DNA of 64,000 nucleotides from Endomicrobiales bacterium (GCA_963794945.1 CAWCFT010000015.1:96001-160000), one strand, 5' to 3'. Shown: positions 10,199 through 21,509, counted from the first letter of the stretch. Made by a program: numbers and translations. Notes: generated by a model not told the origin, from the letters alone.

Positions 10199-11200
10199 TT
10201 AACCGCTAATTTTTATTTTTTCTTTGCACTTTTTGCAGCGGCCCTTCTCCAGGTTCTTTACATCTATACTGTAACCGTCCCTGTCTATAAGCGTCTCGCC
10301 GCACGATGGACAGACAGTCCTCGAGAATTTCGGAGCCTGTATGTTGCCCACGTAGACGTACTTTAGGTGCTTCTTTGCTATTTCCCACGCGCGCTCGAGC
10401 GTAGCCATGCCCGTGGGCTCTTTGTCCATGTGGTATGTCGGGAAATACCTGGAAAAATGCAGCGGGATATCTGGGTCGAGCCCGGCGAGCCAGGAGGTCA
10501 ATTTCTCCAGCTCTTCCGGCGAATCGTTCTCTCCGGGTATAAGTAGAGTGGTTATCTCAACATGCGTCCCGGCCTTGGCCATGGCAGCCACGGTAGCGAG
10601 AACCGGCGCGAGCTTAGCTCCGCATAGTTTCTTATAAAAATCTTCCGTGAAAGCTTTTATATCGATGTTGGCGGCATCGATAAAAGGCAGAAGCTCCGAG
10701 AGCGGCTCCGGATTTATGTAGCCGTTACTCACAAGAACGTTGTAAAGGCCATTTGCGCGAGCGAGTTTTGAAGTCTCTTTGACCCACTCGTAGTTCATCA
10801 GAGGCTCGTTGTATGTGTAGGCAACACCTATCGAACCATTACCGACCGCCATCTCGACTATTTCATCTGGCTTAACGCTTTTCGTAGGAACGCCGCCCTG
10901 CCCGCTCTGGGATATCTCCCAGTTCTGGCAGAAAGAGCACTTGAAGTTGCAGCCGAAAGTCCCTACGGACAGGATCTTCGTGCCGGGATGAAAATGGTAC
11001 AGCGGTTTTTTTTCTATGGGGTCAAGGTTCACAGAGGTGAGTTCGTTGTATGTGAGAGACACAAGCCTGCCTTCCACGTTCTTACGGCCGCGGCATATAC
11101 CGGTCTTGTCCGGCGCTATCACGCACCCGTGCGGGCAGAGGCCGCAGCGCACGGTGCTGCTCGCCTTATCGTGGATCTTCCAGAACTCGGCTTCTTTCAT
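10199..11200 (-). CDS. amrS: AmmeMemoRadiSam system radical SAM enzyme
   Basis: CGLCPHGC, DPIEKKPLYHF, GCNFKCSFCQNWEISQ, YTYNEP, LHFSRYFP. Confidence 0.92.
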   Translation of the reverse strand: MKEAEFWKIHDKASSTVRCGLCPHGCVIAPDKTGICRGRKNVEGRLVSLTYNELTSVNLDPIEKKPLYHFHPGTKILSVGTFGCNFKCSFCQNWEISQSGQGGVPTKSVKPDEIVEMAVGNGSIGVAYTYNEPLMNYEWVKETSKLARANGLYNVLVSNGYINPEPLSELLPFIDAANIDIKAFTEDFYKKLCGAKLAPVLATVAAMAKAGTHVEITTLLIPGENDSPEELEKLTSWLAGLDPDIPLHFSRYFPTYHMDKEPTGMATLERAWEIAKKHLKYVYVGNIQAPKFSRTVCPSCGETLIDRDGYSIDVKNLEKGRCKKCKEKIKISG

Positions 11201-11529
11201 CTTACAGACTCGTTTATCCACTTGAGATAATCCGGGTTGCCGTCAACTATGGGTAGCGCGATGATCTCCGGGACCGAATAGGAGTGCAGGAACTTTATCT
11301 CGTCTATCAGTTTCCGCACGTGCTTGCTTTTCGTTTTCATTATTATCAGCGTTTCGGATGACCTCTCTATCTTTCCCTGCCACCAGTATGACGAGCTTAC
11401 GCCTTTTATTATGCTCGCGCAGGCCGCGAGCTTTTTATTCAGTACCGAGTCAGCGATTTTTCTCGCCTCGGCTTCGCTTGGGGCTGTCACAAAAACGTTG
11501 ACGTATAAAAACTGGTATTTATTTTCCAT
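11197..11529 (-). CDS. cutA: Divalent-cation tolerance protein CutA
   Basis: LAAC, S.YWWQGKIE, HSYSVPEII, YLKWI. Confidence 0.93.
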   Translation of the reverse strand: MENKYQFLYVNVFVTAPSEAEARKIADSVLNKKLAACASIIKGVSSSYWWQGKIERSSETLIIMKTKSKHVRKLIDEIKFLHSYSVPEIIALPIVDGNPDYLKWINESVR

Positions 11530-12679
11530 AGCTTGTGTTACCGTTCTTCTGGCTCTTAATAAGTTTTTTGTTGTACCCTATCACTATCGCCCTGACGCAC
11601 TTTGCGTCGAACTGTTCCCCGACTTGAAGTTCGAGTTCTTTTAAGGCCTCGTCGTCCGGCAGGGCCTCACGGTACGGACGGTCCGAAGTCATCGCGTCGA
11701 ACGTGTCCGCCACCGCTATTATCCTTGCGGCCAGAGGTATCTCGTCGCCTTTGAGGCCCAGCGGGTATCCCTTGCCGTCGAAACGTTCCTGGTGGCATCT
11801 TATGCCCGGGATAGCGGCTGAGAGCTGTTTTATTGAAGAGAGTATTTCCGCGCCTATCACAGGGTGTTTCATTATCTCGGCGTTCTCTTCGGGGGTAAGC
11901 GACCCGTGCTTACGCAGCACCGCCTCCGGCACACCTATCTTTCCCACATCGTGCAGGAGCGCCGATATCTCGAGGTTCTTAACATCTTCCCCGTTCATGC
12001 CCAGCTCTCTCGCCATAATGAGGGAGTAGTCCCTTATGCGTTCAGAATGTCCCCTCGTGTAGGGGTCTTTCGCTTCTATCGCGTTCGCGATTGCTTTGAT
12101 AGTCGATAGGAACAGTTCGTTGAGGTCCCTGTAATGCTGGGCCTTGCTTATAGCCATGGCGGCGGAAGTGGCAAGCGAGTTTAAAAGCCTTATATCGTTA
12201 TCATCAAAAACGTTCCCGTTCTTCTTATTAACTACCTCTACGACGCCAATCACTTTCTCATCAACGTCGAGCGGCACGGCAAGTATCGAGCACGTGTTAA
12301 ACCCGCATATCATGTCCGTTTTGCCGCTGAACCTCTTGTCCCTTGTAACGTCTTCAATTAGCAGGGCCTCGCCGTGTTTGAGCACCCAGCCGGCTATACC
12401 CTCGTTCTTGTCAAGGTAGACTCGTTTTATCTCCGCCGTCTTAGTGCCGGAAGCTGAGGCAAAGTACATCTTATCTCCTTCAAGCAGGAGCGCGCTGGCG
12501 GCCTCTGAATCGGTTATCCTCTTGGCAAGCTCCATGAGGTAATCAAGGGTCGTGTCGAGGTGTATAGTAGAGTTGATCAGCTCCTGAGAACGTATGAGAA
12601 GGTTCAGCTCGTGAACCTCCTTTTCGTATTTCTTGAGCTTCAGCTCGTAATCTTTTTTAATGTCTTTTTTTATGGTCAC
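11519..12679 (-). CDS. GAF + HD-GYP phosphodiesterase
   Basis: GEGIAGWV-type GAF; KDPYTRGHSER, LLHDVGK, HQERFDGKGYP; GTG start at 12679 after GAAGGA. Confidence 0.9.
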   Translation of the reverse strand: MTIKKDIKKDYELKLKKYEKEVHELNLLIRSQELINSTIHLDTTLDYLMELAKRITDSEAASALLLEGDKMYFASASGTKTAEIKRVYLDKNEGIAGWVLKHGEALLIEDVTRDKRFSGKTDMICGFNTCSILAVPLDVDEKVIGVVEVVNKKNGNVFDDNDIRLLNSLATSAAMAISKAQHYRDLNELFLSTIKAIANAIEAKDPYTRGHSERIRDYSLIMARELGMNGEDVKNLEISALLHDVGKIGVPEAVLRKHGSLTPEENAEIMKHPVIGAEILSSIKQLSAAIPGIRCHQERFDGKGYPLGLKGDEIPLAARIIAVADTFDAMTSDRPYREALPDDEALKELELQVGEQFDAKCVRAIVIGYNKKLIKSQKNGNTSYGK

Positions 12680-13384
12680 ATTTTCCTTCAACAGGGCACG
12701 AAACGCACAACGGCTTTTTTTTACAGAAATCCTTGCCCAGGGACACCACAAGCGCGTGGAACTCGTTATATATCTTCAGCGAGCGCGGAAGCCTTTCCGC
12801 CATGAATTCCCTGGCCTCGCCGTATTTTGTATTGGTACCGAACCAGCCGAGCCTTTCGCCAAGTCTCATCGTGTACGCGTCAATGACGAACGACGGTTTT
12901 TCCGCCGCGTAAAGAATTATTGAATCTGCCGTCTCGGGGCCTATGCCTTTGAGGGAAAGAAGCCTCTCTCTCAGTTCATCCGCCGTCCCGTCTAATAATA
13001 ATTCTAGTTTTCCATCATAACTTTCGCAGATGTGCGCCGCGAAATCTTTGAGCCGGCCGGCTTTCTGGTTGTAATAACCTGACGGGCGAATCAGCGTAGC
13101 GAGCCTTTTAACACCCATCCGGAGGATCTTCTCCGGAGAAAGCGCGCCCGCATGGTTTAAGTTCTGCACGCTTTCTCAACGTTCTTCCAGGAAGTGTTCT
13201 GTGTAAGGATCGCGCCGCAGCAGATCTCGAACTTCTCCCTTTCGGTTTTCCCAGAGTATTCAAGTTTATGGTACTCCGGGAAGGCGCTCACCCCTCTGGT
13301 GACGGGCCACCAGCCCTGGGGCCCGAAACTTTTATAAAGAACCCTGAACACATCCATAGGCGATAGGTATTCGCTTTTTTTCAT
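12657..13384 (-). CDS. Endonuclease III-related HhH-GPD glycosylase (frameshift near 13170)
   Basis: GPQGWWP, GAILTQNTSWKNV, KGIGPETADSI, C-terminal FCKKKPLC..CP Fe-S motif. Confidence 0.88.
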
Positions 13385-13902
13385 AACTCGGCGTCGAGGC
13401 TTTTCCTGTGGACCTCAGCGAGCTTTATATATTCTTCGGCGCTGCGGTATATCCTTGAGAGGTCGTCCTGCGTTATTAAGCGGGCGGCTTTCCCCGGCAC
13501 GCCCAGTATCAGGCTGCCCTCGCTTATCTTCTGGCGCTCGGTCACTACCGCCCCCGCGCCTATTATGCAATTGTCTTCGATAACGGCGCCGTCAAGTATT
13601 ATCGCGCCCATGCCTATGAGACAGTTGTTGCCTATGCGGCACCCGTGTATCACTGCCCCGTGGCCAACCGTTACGTTCTTGCCTATCATGACGGGCTGCC
13701 CCTCGTTCGGATGGATCAGCGACCCGTCCTGTATATTTGAGTTTGCGTTCACGAGTATCTCATCTACGTCCGCCCTCAGGACGCAGCTGGGCTACACGGA
13801 AACGTTCTCTCCGAGGCTCACCCTGCCTATGATAAGGCATTCCTTGCTTACGAACGCGCTTGAATGGATTTTTGGTTTGTGTCCGTCGTATTCTCGAAGC
13901 AT
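13381..13902 (-). pseudogene. Gamma carbonic anhydrase family protein with in-frame TAG at 13792-13794
   Basis: MLREYDGHKPKIH...ENVSV*PSCVLRAD...SNIQDG...TVGHGAVIHGC; the stop sits where Trp is usual (SVWP). Confidence 0.8.
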
Positions 13903-13929
13903 GTTGACACCGTGGAGTTTGGAAGCCGG

Positions 13930-14008
13930 CTCTAAGCTGTAAGCTTTAAGCTATAAGTTAAGACATTAGGGCCTTTTCTTACAACTTACAGCTTATGGCT
14001 TATAGCTG
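13930..14008. repeat. Inverted heptamer-repeat hairpin (unit CTRTAAG / CTTAYAG)
   Basis: ctctaag ctgtaag ctttaag ctataag ... cttacaa cttacag cttatgg cttatag. Confidence 0.8.
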
Positions 14009-14010
14009 TT

Positions 14011-14938
14011 TTATTTCAGGAGGTGCGCGAGGACCGCTTTCTGTATGTGCAGCCTGTTCTCCGCCTGGTCGAATATCGCTGTATCGGGGCTGTCCATTAT
14101 CTTGTCCGTGATCTCTTCACCCCGTATAGCCGGCAGGCAGTGCATGGCTATGCAGTCCTTTTTAGCGGTGGCGAGAAGTTTAGAGTTAACCTGGTACGGA
14201 CGGAACACCTCGCGCCTTTTTTCCGCTTCGGCTTCATCGCCCATAGAAGTCCAGACATCAGTGTATATCACGTCGGCGTTCTTAACGGCTGCGCATCGGG
14301 TCTTCCACTATCTCTATCATCCCTCCTGAAAGTTTGGCCCTGGAGGTTGATTCTTTGAGCATCTCCTCGTTGGGGCCATAGCCCTTGGGCCTGGCGAGAA
14401 CGAAATTGAACCCCAGCATGCCGGCAGCGCCTAACCAGGAATTGGCCATGTTGTTGCCGTCGCCCACGAAAACGACTTTGATCTCAGAAAGCTTGGCCGG
14501 CGTCTTTATTTTCTTTTTTTCCATTATTGTCAGTATGTCGCCCAGCACCTGGCACGGGTGTTCCCTGTCGGTAAGGCCGTTTACGACCGGCACCGAAGCC
14601 CACTTCGCGAATTCTTTTATGTCGGAATGCTTAAACGCCCTTATGACTATTCCGTCTAAGTATACCGACAAAGTCTTCGCAGTGTCCTTTATTGTTTCAC
14701 CTCTTCTTCTCTGGAGGTTCTGCGGGTTGAGGATCAAAGGGAAACCGCCCAGCTGGTACATAGCGACCGCGAACGAGACCGTGGTCCTTGTGGAAGGCTT
14801 TTCAAAAATGAGGCCGATACTTTTGCCAGCGAGAATGCCCGTCTTAACTTTCCCCGCTTTGAGTTTCGCGGTGAGCTTGAATATCTGCCACATCTCGGCG
14901 CATGTCAGGTCGAATATAGAAATAAGGTCTTTTTTCAT
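14011..14938 (-). CDS. argF: Ornithine carbamoyltransferase (frameshift near 14290)
   Basis: [35 protein letters not shown]. Confidence 0.93.
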
Positions 14939-15148
14939 GTCGTTTCCCTTTCGCGTATTACCCAATGATTTTGATGCCCTTATATAATACCAAAATATCC
15001 TCTAACTGACAAGTTTGCGCTTGGGATAAATTTCATATATACCGGATGCTATCACAGGCATGCGGGGGCCAAATTCTAACAGGTGGAACTCTGGAGAAAA
15101 CAACACAGCTTTATATTGTTCTGGAGAGGGCGTACGCTTGATGGAATT

Positions 15149-16216
15149 TTACGGGATGAAATGGTGGACGAATACTGCGCCGCTGAGGCAGTCCGGGTTG
15201 CATATCTCGGATGCATTTTTGTTGACGTGAGCGGACCTATACCGCTGCATGGCTTCGCTGTTCCAAATATCGAGCAGATTTTGTTCACAAACGTTGCCTA
15301 TTGGGCAGTGGCACATGCACTCCGGGAAAACGTCGCCTTTACCCAGGGCCGTGACCATCATCATTTTCCAAGGCAGCCTGCACCTTGCGATTAAATTTTC
15401 CGCTCTTTCTGCGCCGCCCGGGACCAGGTCGGGATTGTGATCTACCGCAGAGAGGAACGACAAAAAATCACATTCGAAAACGATATCGTTCTTAAGACAT
15501 CTCGCCGCCATCAATGGGATCTCAATACGGAGAAAAGCCAGGGCTTCCTCGTCTCCGGAAAAAAATATATCTTCCCCCGGAGCTGCGTCTTTCGACATAA
15601 ACGAGAGCGCCAGCCGCTTGAAACCATACTTTAGCGCAAAGTCCACAAACTGGCCGATAAAGCGGTTGTTCGACTTCATCACGCATACGGACAGCTTGCG
15701 CTCGAACTTTCCTCCGGCGGCCTTTTCCGTGGCTGCCATAATGGAAAGTTTTTCCATAAGAGTTTCGAACCTCGCCCCTTTGCGAACATGCTCGTACACA
15801 TCTTTTGTGGCGCCGTCAACTGAAACCTGAAGGTCTACCCTGCTGCGGGCCAATATCTCAGCCAATTCTTCATTTAATAGCAGCCCGTTGGTTTGGATTG
15901 TCTGGCGCAACTGCGTGTGCTTAGCGGCCCTCACCAACAGCTCTTTGAAATTATCCAGTAAAAATACCTCTCCCCCCTGCCAGTCTACAAGTTCGAGATA
16001 AGGAAAAAGTTCAACAACCTGTTCGATCACTTCACCTGGCAGCGTGAACTCGTAGTCAAGCCCGACGAACCTGCACATGATGCACCGCAGGTTGCAACGG
16101 GTGGTCAGGGCAACTCGGAGTATTCTGGGTTTCGATTCAAGAACTATCTTACCCGAATCGAATTCACTTAGATTGAGCTCTCTGTTCTTATCGTAAACTG
16201 AGGTATGCTTTATCAT
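15149..16216 (-). CDS. Radical SAM protein with SPASM/twitch domain
   Basis: CNLRCIMC, GGE, TNG; C-terminal CRLPW...G.V.PEC...IGN...IWNS. Confidence 0.85.
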   Translation of the reverse strand: MIKHTSVYDKNRELNLSEFDSGKIVLESKPRILRVALTTRCNLRCIMCRFVGLDYEFTLPGEVIEQVVELFPYLELVDWQGGEVFLLDNFKELLVRAAKHTQLRQTIQTNGLLLNEELAEILARSRVDLQVSVDGATKDVYEHVRKGARFETLMEKLSIMAATEKAAGGKFERKLSVCVMKSNNRFIGQFVDFALKYGFKRLALSFMSKDAAPGEDIFFSGDEEALAFLRIEIPLMAARCLKNDIVFECDFLSFLSAVDHNPDLVPGGAERAENLIARCRLPWKMMMVTALGKGDVFPECMCHCPIGNVCEQNLLDIWNSEAMQRYRSAHVNKNASEICNPDCLSGAVFVHHFIP

Positions 16217-16255
16217 GATATTCCCGTCAGGCCCGGCCTCGCGGGCCGGTTATTT

Positions 16256-16483
16256 TCACGACATCCAGTGCAGGGCTATCACTCCAAGAATGCCCAGGAA
16301 AATAAAAACAAGGAAAGTCATGAGGGCGGTGTCGAGGGCCAGCTTTATAGGCTCTCTCTTGGTGGGATAATGGTGGACGTACTCATTGTATGTGATGGCA
16401 AACGCAACGCACGCGGCTATGAAGCTGAAAAGCAGGTCAATAAAAATATAGCCTGTGATAACCTTCATGCTCTGGTCTTCCAT
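16256..16483 (-). CDS. Small two-TM membrane protein
   Basis: GGGGA RBS; two hydrophobic helices flanking ITYNEYVHHY. Confidence 0.6.
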   Translation of the reverse strand: MEDQSMKVITGYIFIDLLFSFIAACVAFAITYNEYVHHYPTKREPIKLALDTALMTFLVFIFLGILGVIALHWMS

Positions 16484-16534
16484 ATATCCCCTAAGCGCGT
16501 GTTACGGTTTTTTGCAGCAACTTGCGCTTTTATT

Positions 16535-19500
16535 TTAATTACGGTTGACCGGCAGCCTGACTGAAAACGTCGTGCCTATTCCGTGCTCGCTGACAACATC
16601 TATCGTTCCGCTATGCTTCGACACTATATCGTAACACAGGCTCAGGCCCAGCCCGGTCCCTTGCCCTGTTTTCTTCGTTGAAAAGAAGGGCTCGAAGAGG
16701 TGTCTTTTAACTTCTTCTGTCATACCTGACCCGTTATCGGATACGTCTATATGGATATACTTTTCCGACAGGCTGGTCGCGACGCGTATAGTCCCGCTAT
16801 TCGATATAGAGTCCGCAGCGTTGCTGACCAGATTAATTATAACCTGCTGTATCCTGTCCGTGTTCATTGTCACGAACGGCAGGCCGTTCTCGAAATTTCT
16901 GATAACCTCGCAGCCCTTTGACCGCACTATCGGTTCTATCAGCGTCAGCGCGCGCTCGATGACATTATTTATGTCGGCCTTTTTTGAAACATCTTTCTCT
17001 TCCCTCGCGAAAAGCAGAAGGTCGCTGACCAGCTTCTTGCACCTTTGCGACTCGCGCTCAATAGATTTCAGTGAATTGAATAAGGAACTTGTTTTGTCGG
17101 CTTTACCGACCTCCAGCTGGGCGAACCCGAGTATCACTGTCAGCGGGTTGTTTATCTCGTGCGCGACACCGCTCGCAAGCTGCCCTACAGCCGCCATTTT
17201 CTGGCTCTGCGCAAGCTTTTTATATACTACCTCTCTCTCGGCTTCCATAAGCTTGCGGCCGGTAACGTCTTTGCAAAAACCGAGGAACTTTGTTTCAGAG
17301 ATCCTAACCGCGTCTACGGTCATGCAGACTTTCGACCCGTCCTTGTACTTGTGCCATATGTCGGAAGTTGCGGCGCCTGTTTCTATCATTTTCTTAAAAT
17401 GCTCGGCCCCCTCTTCCGCTGACTCCTCGGCAACCAGGTCACTTACATGTTTGCCGACTAGTTCACCTTCGGGATAGCCCATTATCCTGCACGCTGCGCT
17501 ATTTACTTCAATTACCCGGCCGGTGTTATCCAAGACGAATATCCCGTCCGGGGCCTTGTCTATATAACTTCTGAACTTCTCTTCGCTTGCACGCAGTTCC
17601 TGTTCGGCTTTTTTGCGCTCGGTTATATCTATAATAGACCCTTCCAAAATGCCCTGCTCCCTTAACAACCTCAGCGAAGTTATGCATTTCCTGACTTCGC
17701 CGGATTTGGTAAGCATGTCGCATTCGAATTCCTTAACGACGCCGTCCCTGAGAAGGATTTTCACCATCTCGGCACGCTCTCCGGGGTTTGCCCAGTGGGC
17801 CGAGGAAGGCTTCTCCCGCATCTCACTTTTCGTGTACCCGTATATCGACAAAAACTTTTCATTCATGTCGAGTATTTTCGAACCATCAAACGCTGTTCTG
17901 AACATACCAACTTCCGAATTATTAAAAAGGTTCTTAAACTTCTCTTCGCTTTCCCTCAAAGCATTTTCCGCCTTCTTGCGCTCTGTTATGTCCGTGAACA
18001 AGGTTGCAAACCCGTTCTCTTTCCACGGTGCAACAGAAATGGCAAAGTGCTTGTCCATTGGAGGAAAATACACCTCGAAACTATAAGGTTTTTTTCCGGA
18101 GCTGACTTTTAAATATTCTTCAAAATAAGGCGGAGTTGTGGTGCCGTAGGCTTCGGTGGCCAGTTTGCCGGTTATTTGTTCTCTTGAAACACCGATTATG
18201 CTTTCATAACTCTTATTTACGTCAATAATTCTGTAATTGACCGGCTTTCCGCCATCATAAACTATCTCATGAAGAGCGACCCCTTCGCTCATATTATCGA
18301 ACAACGAACGGAACTGCTCCTCACTGTCAATTAATTCTGCCTCGGCTTTCTTGCGCTCTGTAACATCACTCAGAAAATTCAAAGTGGCAGGTCGCCCTTC
18401 CCATGTTATAACGACCGACCTGATCTCTACAAGTTTGATATCGCCCTGCCCGTTAATTACTCTGAAGGAATAGGCATTAGGCAGTTTTCCACCTTCCAGC
18501 CTTATAAGATGGCGTTCAGCGATCATCGCCCTGTCATCCGGGTAAATGATATCTGTAAAAGGTTTGGACAGCAACCCCTCTTTTGAGATGCCGGTGTACT
18601 CGACAGTTTTAGGGTTAACGAATTTCAGCACACCATCCTGAGCCACTACGACAGCTTCATCGGCGTTATCGATTAACAGCCTGTACCTTTCTTCTGAAGC
18701 CTTCAGGTCGCGCTCTTTTTTGTCAACCATTGCTGCTAATATATACACATAGACTGAAGCGGCGATCATATTTGACAACGCAACAAATACAGCACCGATT
18801 TCAATGCTTATAAGCCCGTGCCTTTGAAAAGCTAATTTGAACCAGCCAATGGCCAATGGAATCACTATGGCGGCTGGCAAAATCGCGCGGGCCATTCTGC
18901 CGGCTGATGTGCCGCTTGTTATAATACTCATGAAACCGACACCAGGCCTTGCGAAGAAAACTGAGGCGCAAACCACCAGAAAGAGCGCCATAGAGTAAAG
19001 AGACATCGCGGTGCTGAATTTGGCTCCGATGATAAGCGGTTGCGCGTTATAAACATGCCCTATTAAAGCCACAAGAGAAATAACGCCGGCGGCAAGAGCC
19101 GCTATTTGCGCGCCGTAAACCAGTTTTTGATTTTTCGAGCGGATCATCAACAGGGCTAACGCTATCAATACAAAATTAATTGAACTATTTAAGGATATCC
19201 TTCCCGGGTAGTTGTGGAACAGGGCGGTTTGGCTCTTGGAGATCAACAGCTGATCAATGCCGGCATTCCATCCAAATGAATACTCGCAAATAGTAACCAG
19301 GCCTATAGCCAGAATAAAATATGCCATGATGCCAATTAAGATAATGTTTAAACGGGGAGGCAATTTTTTACTGTTAATCAGCAGAAGCGCCGCCCCAATA
19401 ATCATAAAACAAACTGACGAGTTGACTTTAATAACGGCTTCATTGGGAATGATGCTAATCAGCGCGGAAATATTGAACAGCCATCCTGCCAGCACTGCGC

Positions 19501-19579
19501 TGCTATAGGACAGGACGATCAGGCCCAGGTAATATGAAACCCTCTTAAACAACAGAGAATAATCAGTTGATGTTTTCAT
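16535..19579 (-). CDS. Membrane sensor histidine kinase with four PAS domains
   Basis: N-terminal TM region, four PAS/PAC units ending D[IV]T.RK, H-box VAHEINNPL, N, G1, F (FEPFFSTK) and G2 (GTGLGL) boxes. Confidence 0.93.
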   Translation of the reverse strand: MKTSTDYSLLFKRVSYYLGLIVLSYSSAVLAGWLFNISALISIIPNEAVIKVNSSVCFMIIGAALLLINSKKLPPRLNIILIGIMAYFILAIGLVTICEYSFGWNAGIDQLLISKSQTALFHNYPGRISLNSSINFVLIALALLMIRSKNQKLVYGAQIAALAAGVISLVALIGHVYNAQPLIIGAKFSTAMSLYSMALFLVVCASVFFARPGVGFMSIITSGTSAGRMARAILPAAIVIPLAIGWFKLAFQRHGLISIEIGAVFVALSNMIAASVYVYILAAMVDKKERDLKASEERYRLLIDNADEAVVVAQDGVLKFVNPKTVEYTGISKEGLLSKPFTDIIYPDDRAMIAERHLIRLEGGKLPNAYSFRVINGQGDIKLVEIRSVVITWEGRPATLNFLSDVTERKKAEAELIDSEEQFRSLFDNMSEGVALHEIVYDGGKPVNYRIIDVNKSYESIIGVSREQITGKLATEAYGTTTPPYFEEYLKVSSGKKPYSFEVYFPPMDKHFAISVAPWKENGFATLFTDITERKKAENALRESEEKFKNLFNNSEVGMFRTAFDGSKILDMNEKFLSIYGYTKSEMREKPSSAHWANPGERAEMVKILLRDGVVKEFECDMLTKSGEVRKCITSLRLLREQGILEGSIIDITERKKAEQELRASEEKFRSYIDKAPDGIFVLDNTGRVIEVNSAACRIMGYPEGELVGKHVSDLVAEESAEEGAEHFKKMIETGAATSDIWHKYKDGSKVCMTVDAVRISETKFLGFCKDVTGRKLMEAEREVVYKKLAQSQKMAAVGQLASGVAHEINNPLTVILGFAQLEVGKADKTSSLFNSLKSIERESQRCKKLVSDLLLFAREEKDVSKKADINNVIERALTLIEPIVRSKGCEVIRNFENGLPFVTMNTDRIQQVIINLVSNAADSISNSGTIRVATSLSEKYIHIDVSDNGSGMTEEVKRHLFEPFFSTKKTGQGTGLGLSLCYDIVSKHSGTIDVVSEHGIGTTFSVRLPVNRN

Positions 19580-19668
19580 TTTGGATTTGTTTCCGGTGCC
19601 GGCTTACGACCCCGCCGGTTTTAAATTTATATATTATAAGCTATATTGGCTGAAACCGAAATGGTTTA

Positions 19669-20307
19669 TTAAATAATTCCTACGGCCCTCACCGGCGACC
19701 CGCCGCCGTTTTGGAACTTTAGGGGCATGCAGTAAAACATAAATATTTTTCCGCCGACCTCGTCAAGGTTCGCGAGGTTCTCAACTATCACGATGCCGTT
19801 TTTGAAAAATATCTTATGGACGGGAAAATTCTTCGAGTCGATGGGGTCGATACTGATAGCGTCGACACCGATACCTTTCAGTTTGAATCCGCACAGCCAC
19901 TCCGCGGCGTCCTTGCCGAGCGACGGAAAACCCTCAAAATATTTTTGGGCGCCCCAGTATTTTCCCCAGCCCGTCTTAAGTATAAGGTACTCTATCCGGG
20001 AGATCAGCCCCGCATGCGGCGTAAGCGCTTCCCGGCTTATCTCCCCGGGTTTTATACCGGACACATCGATAACCGCGGCTTTCCCGATAAAATGCCCGAT
20101 TTCCATTTGATCAACTGTCGGTCCGTCAGAAGTTATATGAGAGGGAACATCTATATGGGTCCCGGTATGGGTGTACATAGTGACTCTGTGCTCCACGAAC
20201 CCGTCTTTCTCAAGGCTCGCCGCCCGCTCAATTTTCGGCTGTTCCGTACCAGGGAAAACCGGCATGTCCGGCCGTATCAAGTGCGAAAGGTCAACCATTT
20301 TAAGCAA
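19669..20307 (-). CDS. Cyclase family protein (kynurenine formamidase-like)
   Basis: DLSH, HTGTHIDVPSH, GVDAISID, VENL, GSPVRA. Confidence 0.9.
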   Translation of the reverse strand: MLKMVDLSHLIRPDMPVFPGTEQPKIERAASLEKDGFVEHRVTMYTHTGTHIDVPSHITSDGPTVDQMEIGHFIGKAAVIDVSGIKPGEISREALTPHAGLISRIEYLILKTGWGKYWGAQKYFEGFPSLGKDAAEWLCGFKLKGIGVDAISIDPIDSKNFPVHKIFFKNGIVIVENLANLDEVGGKIFMFYCMPLKFQNGGGSPVRAVGII

Positions 20308-20743
20308 AGGTCTCTCCGGACACTGGTTTAGTGAAGTTTATATCTGTATCGAACAGTTCTTTCATCTTCGCTTTTAGCCAGGCATCTGCTTCGGGTTTGG
20401 CTCTGAACACTTTTGTAAACCACCCGATATCGGCGGCTTGTATTTCCCACATGCGGGCGAGGCCGTAACCAAGTAGCGAGGGAGCCACAATGGCGACAAC
20501 AGCGTCGTCATGGACTGAAACCGCGATGTGCTTGTGGTATTTCAGCATCTCAAGCAAGTCGAAGGCCGACACTTTGTAAGAATCAACCGGCGTTTCGTCA
20601 ATAAAGGCGTACTTGAAGCTCTCTAAATTTTCTTTTTTGAGCAGCCGCTTAAGGGCATCCCTTAATTCGTCGCCCGTCAACACCCCATGACAGCGAAAAT
20701 AGATCCCCAGATTGTTATCCAAAAACGAAACATCGATGCCCAT
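20300..20743 (-). CDS. Hypothetical protein (STAS/SEC14-like)
   Basis: AIVA...YGLARM...VFR...EA.AWL pattern. Confidence 0.6.
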   Translation of the reverse strand: MGIDVSFLDNNLGIYFRCHGVLTGDELRDALKRLLKKENLESFKYAFIDETPVDSYKVSAFDLLEMLKYHKHIAVSVHDDAVVAIVAPSLLGYGLARMWEIQAADIGWFTKVFRAKPEADAWLKAKMKELFDTDINFTKPVSGETFA

Positions 20744-20882
20744 AATTTCCTTTCCTGTATTTAATTAAGCTCTAAAATGCTGTGTCTCATATTTTTGACG
20801 TATTATAGAATAAGTTAAATTAAATATTCAAGACGCCGCAGCTATAATAGATTTATTAGTGGACGTTATCTTTGTACAGATT

Positions 20883-21509
20883 TCATAGTTTTTTAAACCA
20901 AAAATCGCATATATTTTCACCGTTCGCAATCGTTTTAGTCCGTGTTAATTCGCAGTTCATGTACTTAGCCGTTACATAATCAAAATTGCACATCTGCGTG
21001 GCGATCTCCGCACAATTTTCCCGATTCAATAGCTTGCAAATACCACACTCACGATAGTTGATGCCGTACTCGTTTGTTGTTTTGCCGTAAACAAATTCAA
21101 AAACAAATCCAGCAGGGTATATCTTCTTTTGAGACTCTATAGATGCGGAGTTACGTTTGTCCTGCCATCTCCGGGTAAAGGCTTGCTTTCCCATTAACTT
21201 CATAAACAGTTTGTAAGCGGTGGTTTGTTCAATCGCATTTGAAAATACTTGACCCATTTGTTCTACGGACAGCTTGCCGTCCGCCGCCTTGTAGATTGCT
21301 GCCGCAAATGCAGCAATCAGTATATGCATAAAAAGCGGATTATTCCAACCTCCGATGTATGGCGAACGCATCACAATCTCTCTATAATCCAGTTTCGATT
21401 TATGGATTACATCCGTCGCATTTTGCTTCCCAAGAACAACTAACAACTGCTTCCTGAAATTATCGTTAAAAAGTAACGGAATCATTCGAGCATAAATGTC
21501 ATAATTCAT
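20883..21509 (-). CDS. L-2-amino-thiazoline-4-carboxylic acid hydrolase-like protein
   Basis: ECGICK, MC.FDY, LTRTKTIANG..CDF. Confidence 0.75.
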   Translation of the reverse strand: MNYDIYARMIPLLFNDNFRKQLLVVLGKQNATDVIHKSKLDYREIVMRSPYIGGWNNPLFMHILIAAFAAAIYKAADGKLSVEQMGQVFSNAIEQTTAYKLFMKLMGKQAFTRRWQDKRNSASIESQKKIYPAGFVFEFVYGKTTNEYGINYRECGICKLLNRENCAEIATQMCNFDYVTAKYMNCELTRTKTIANGENICDFWFKKL

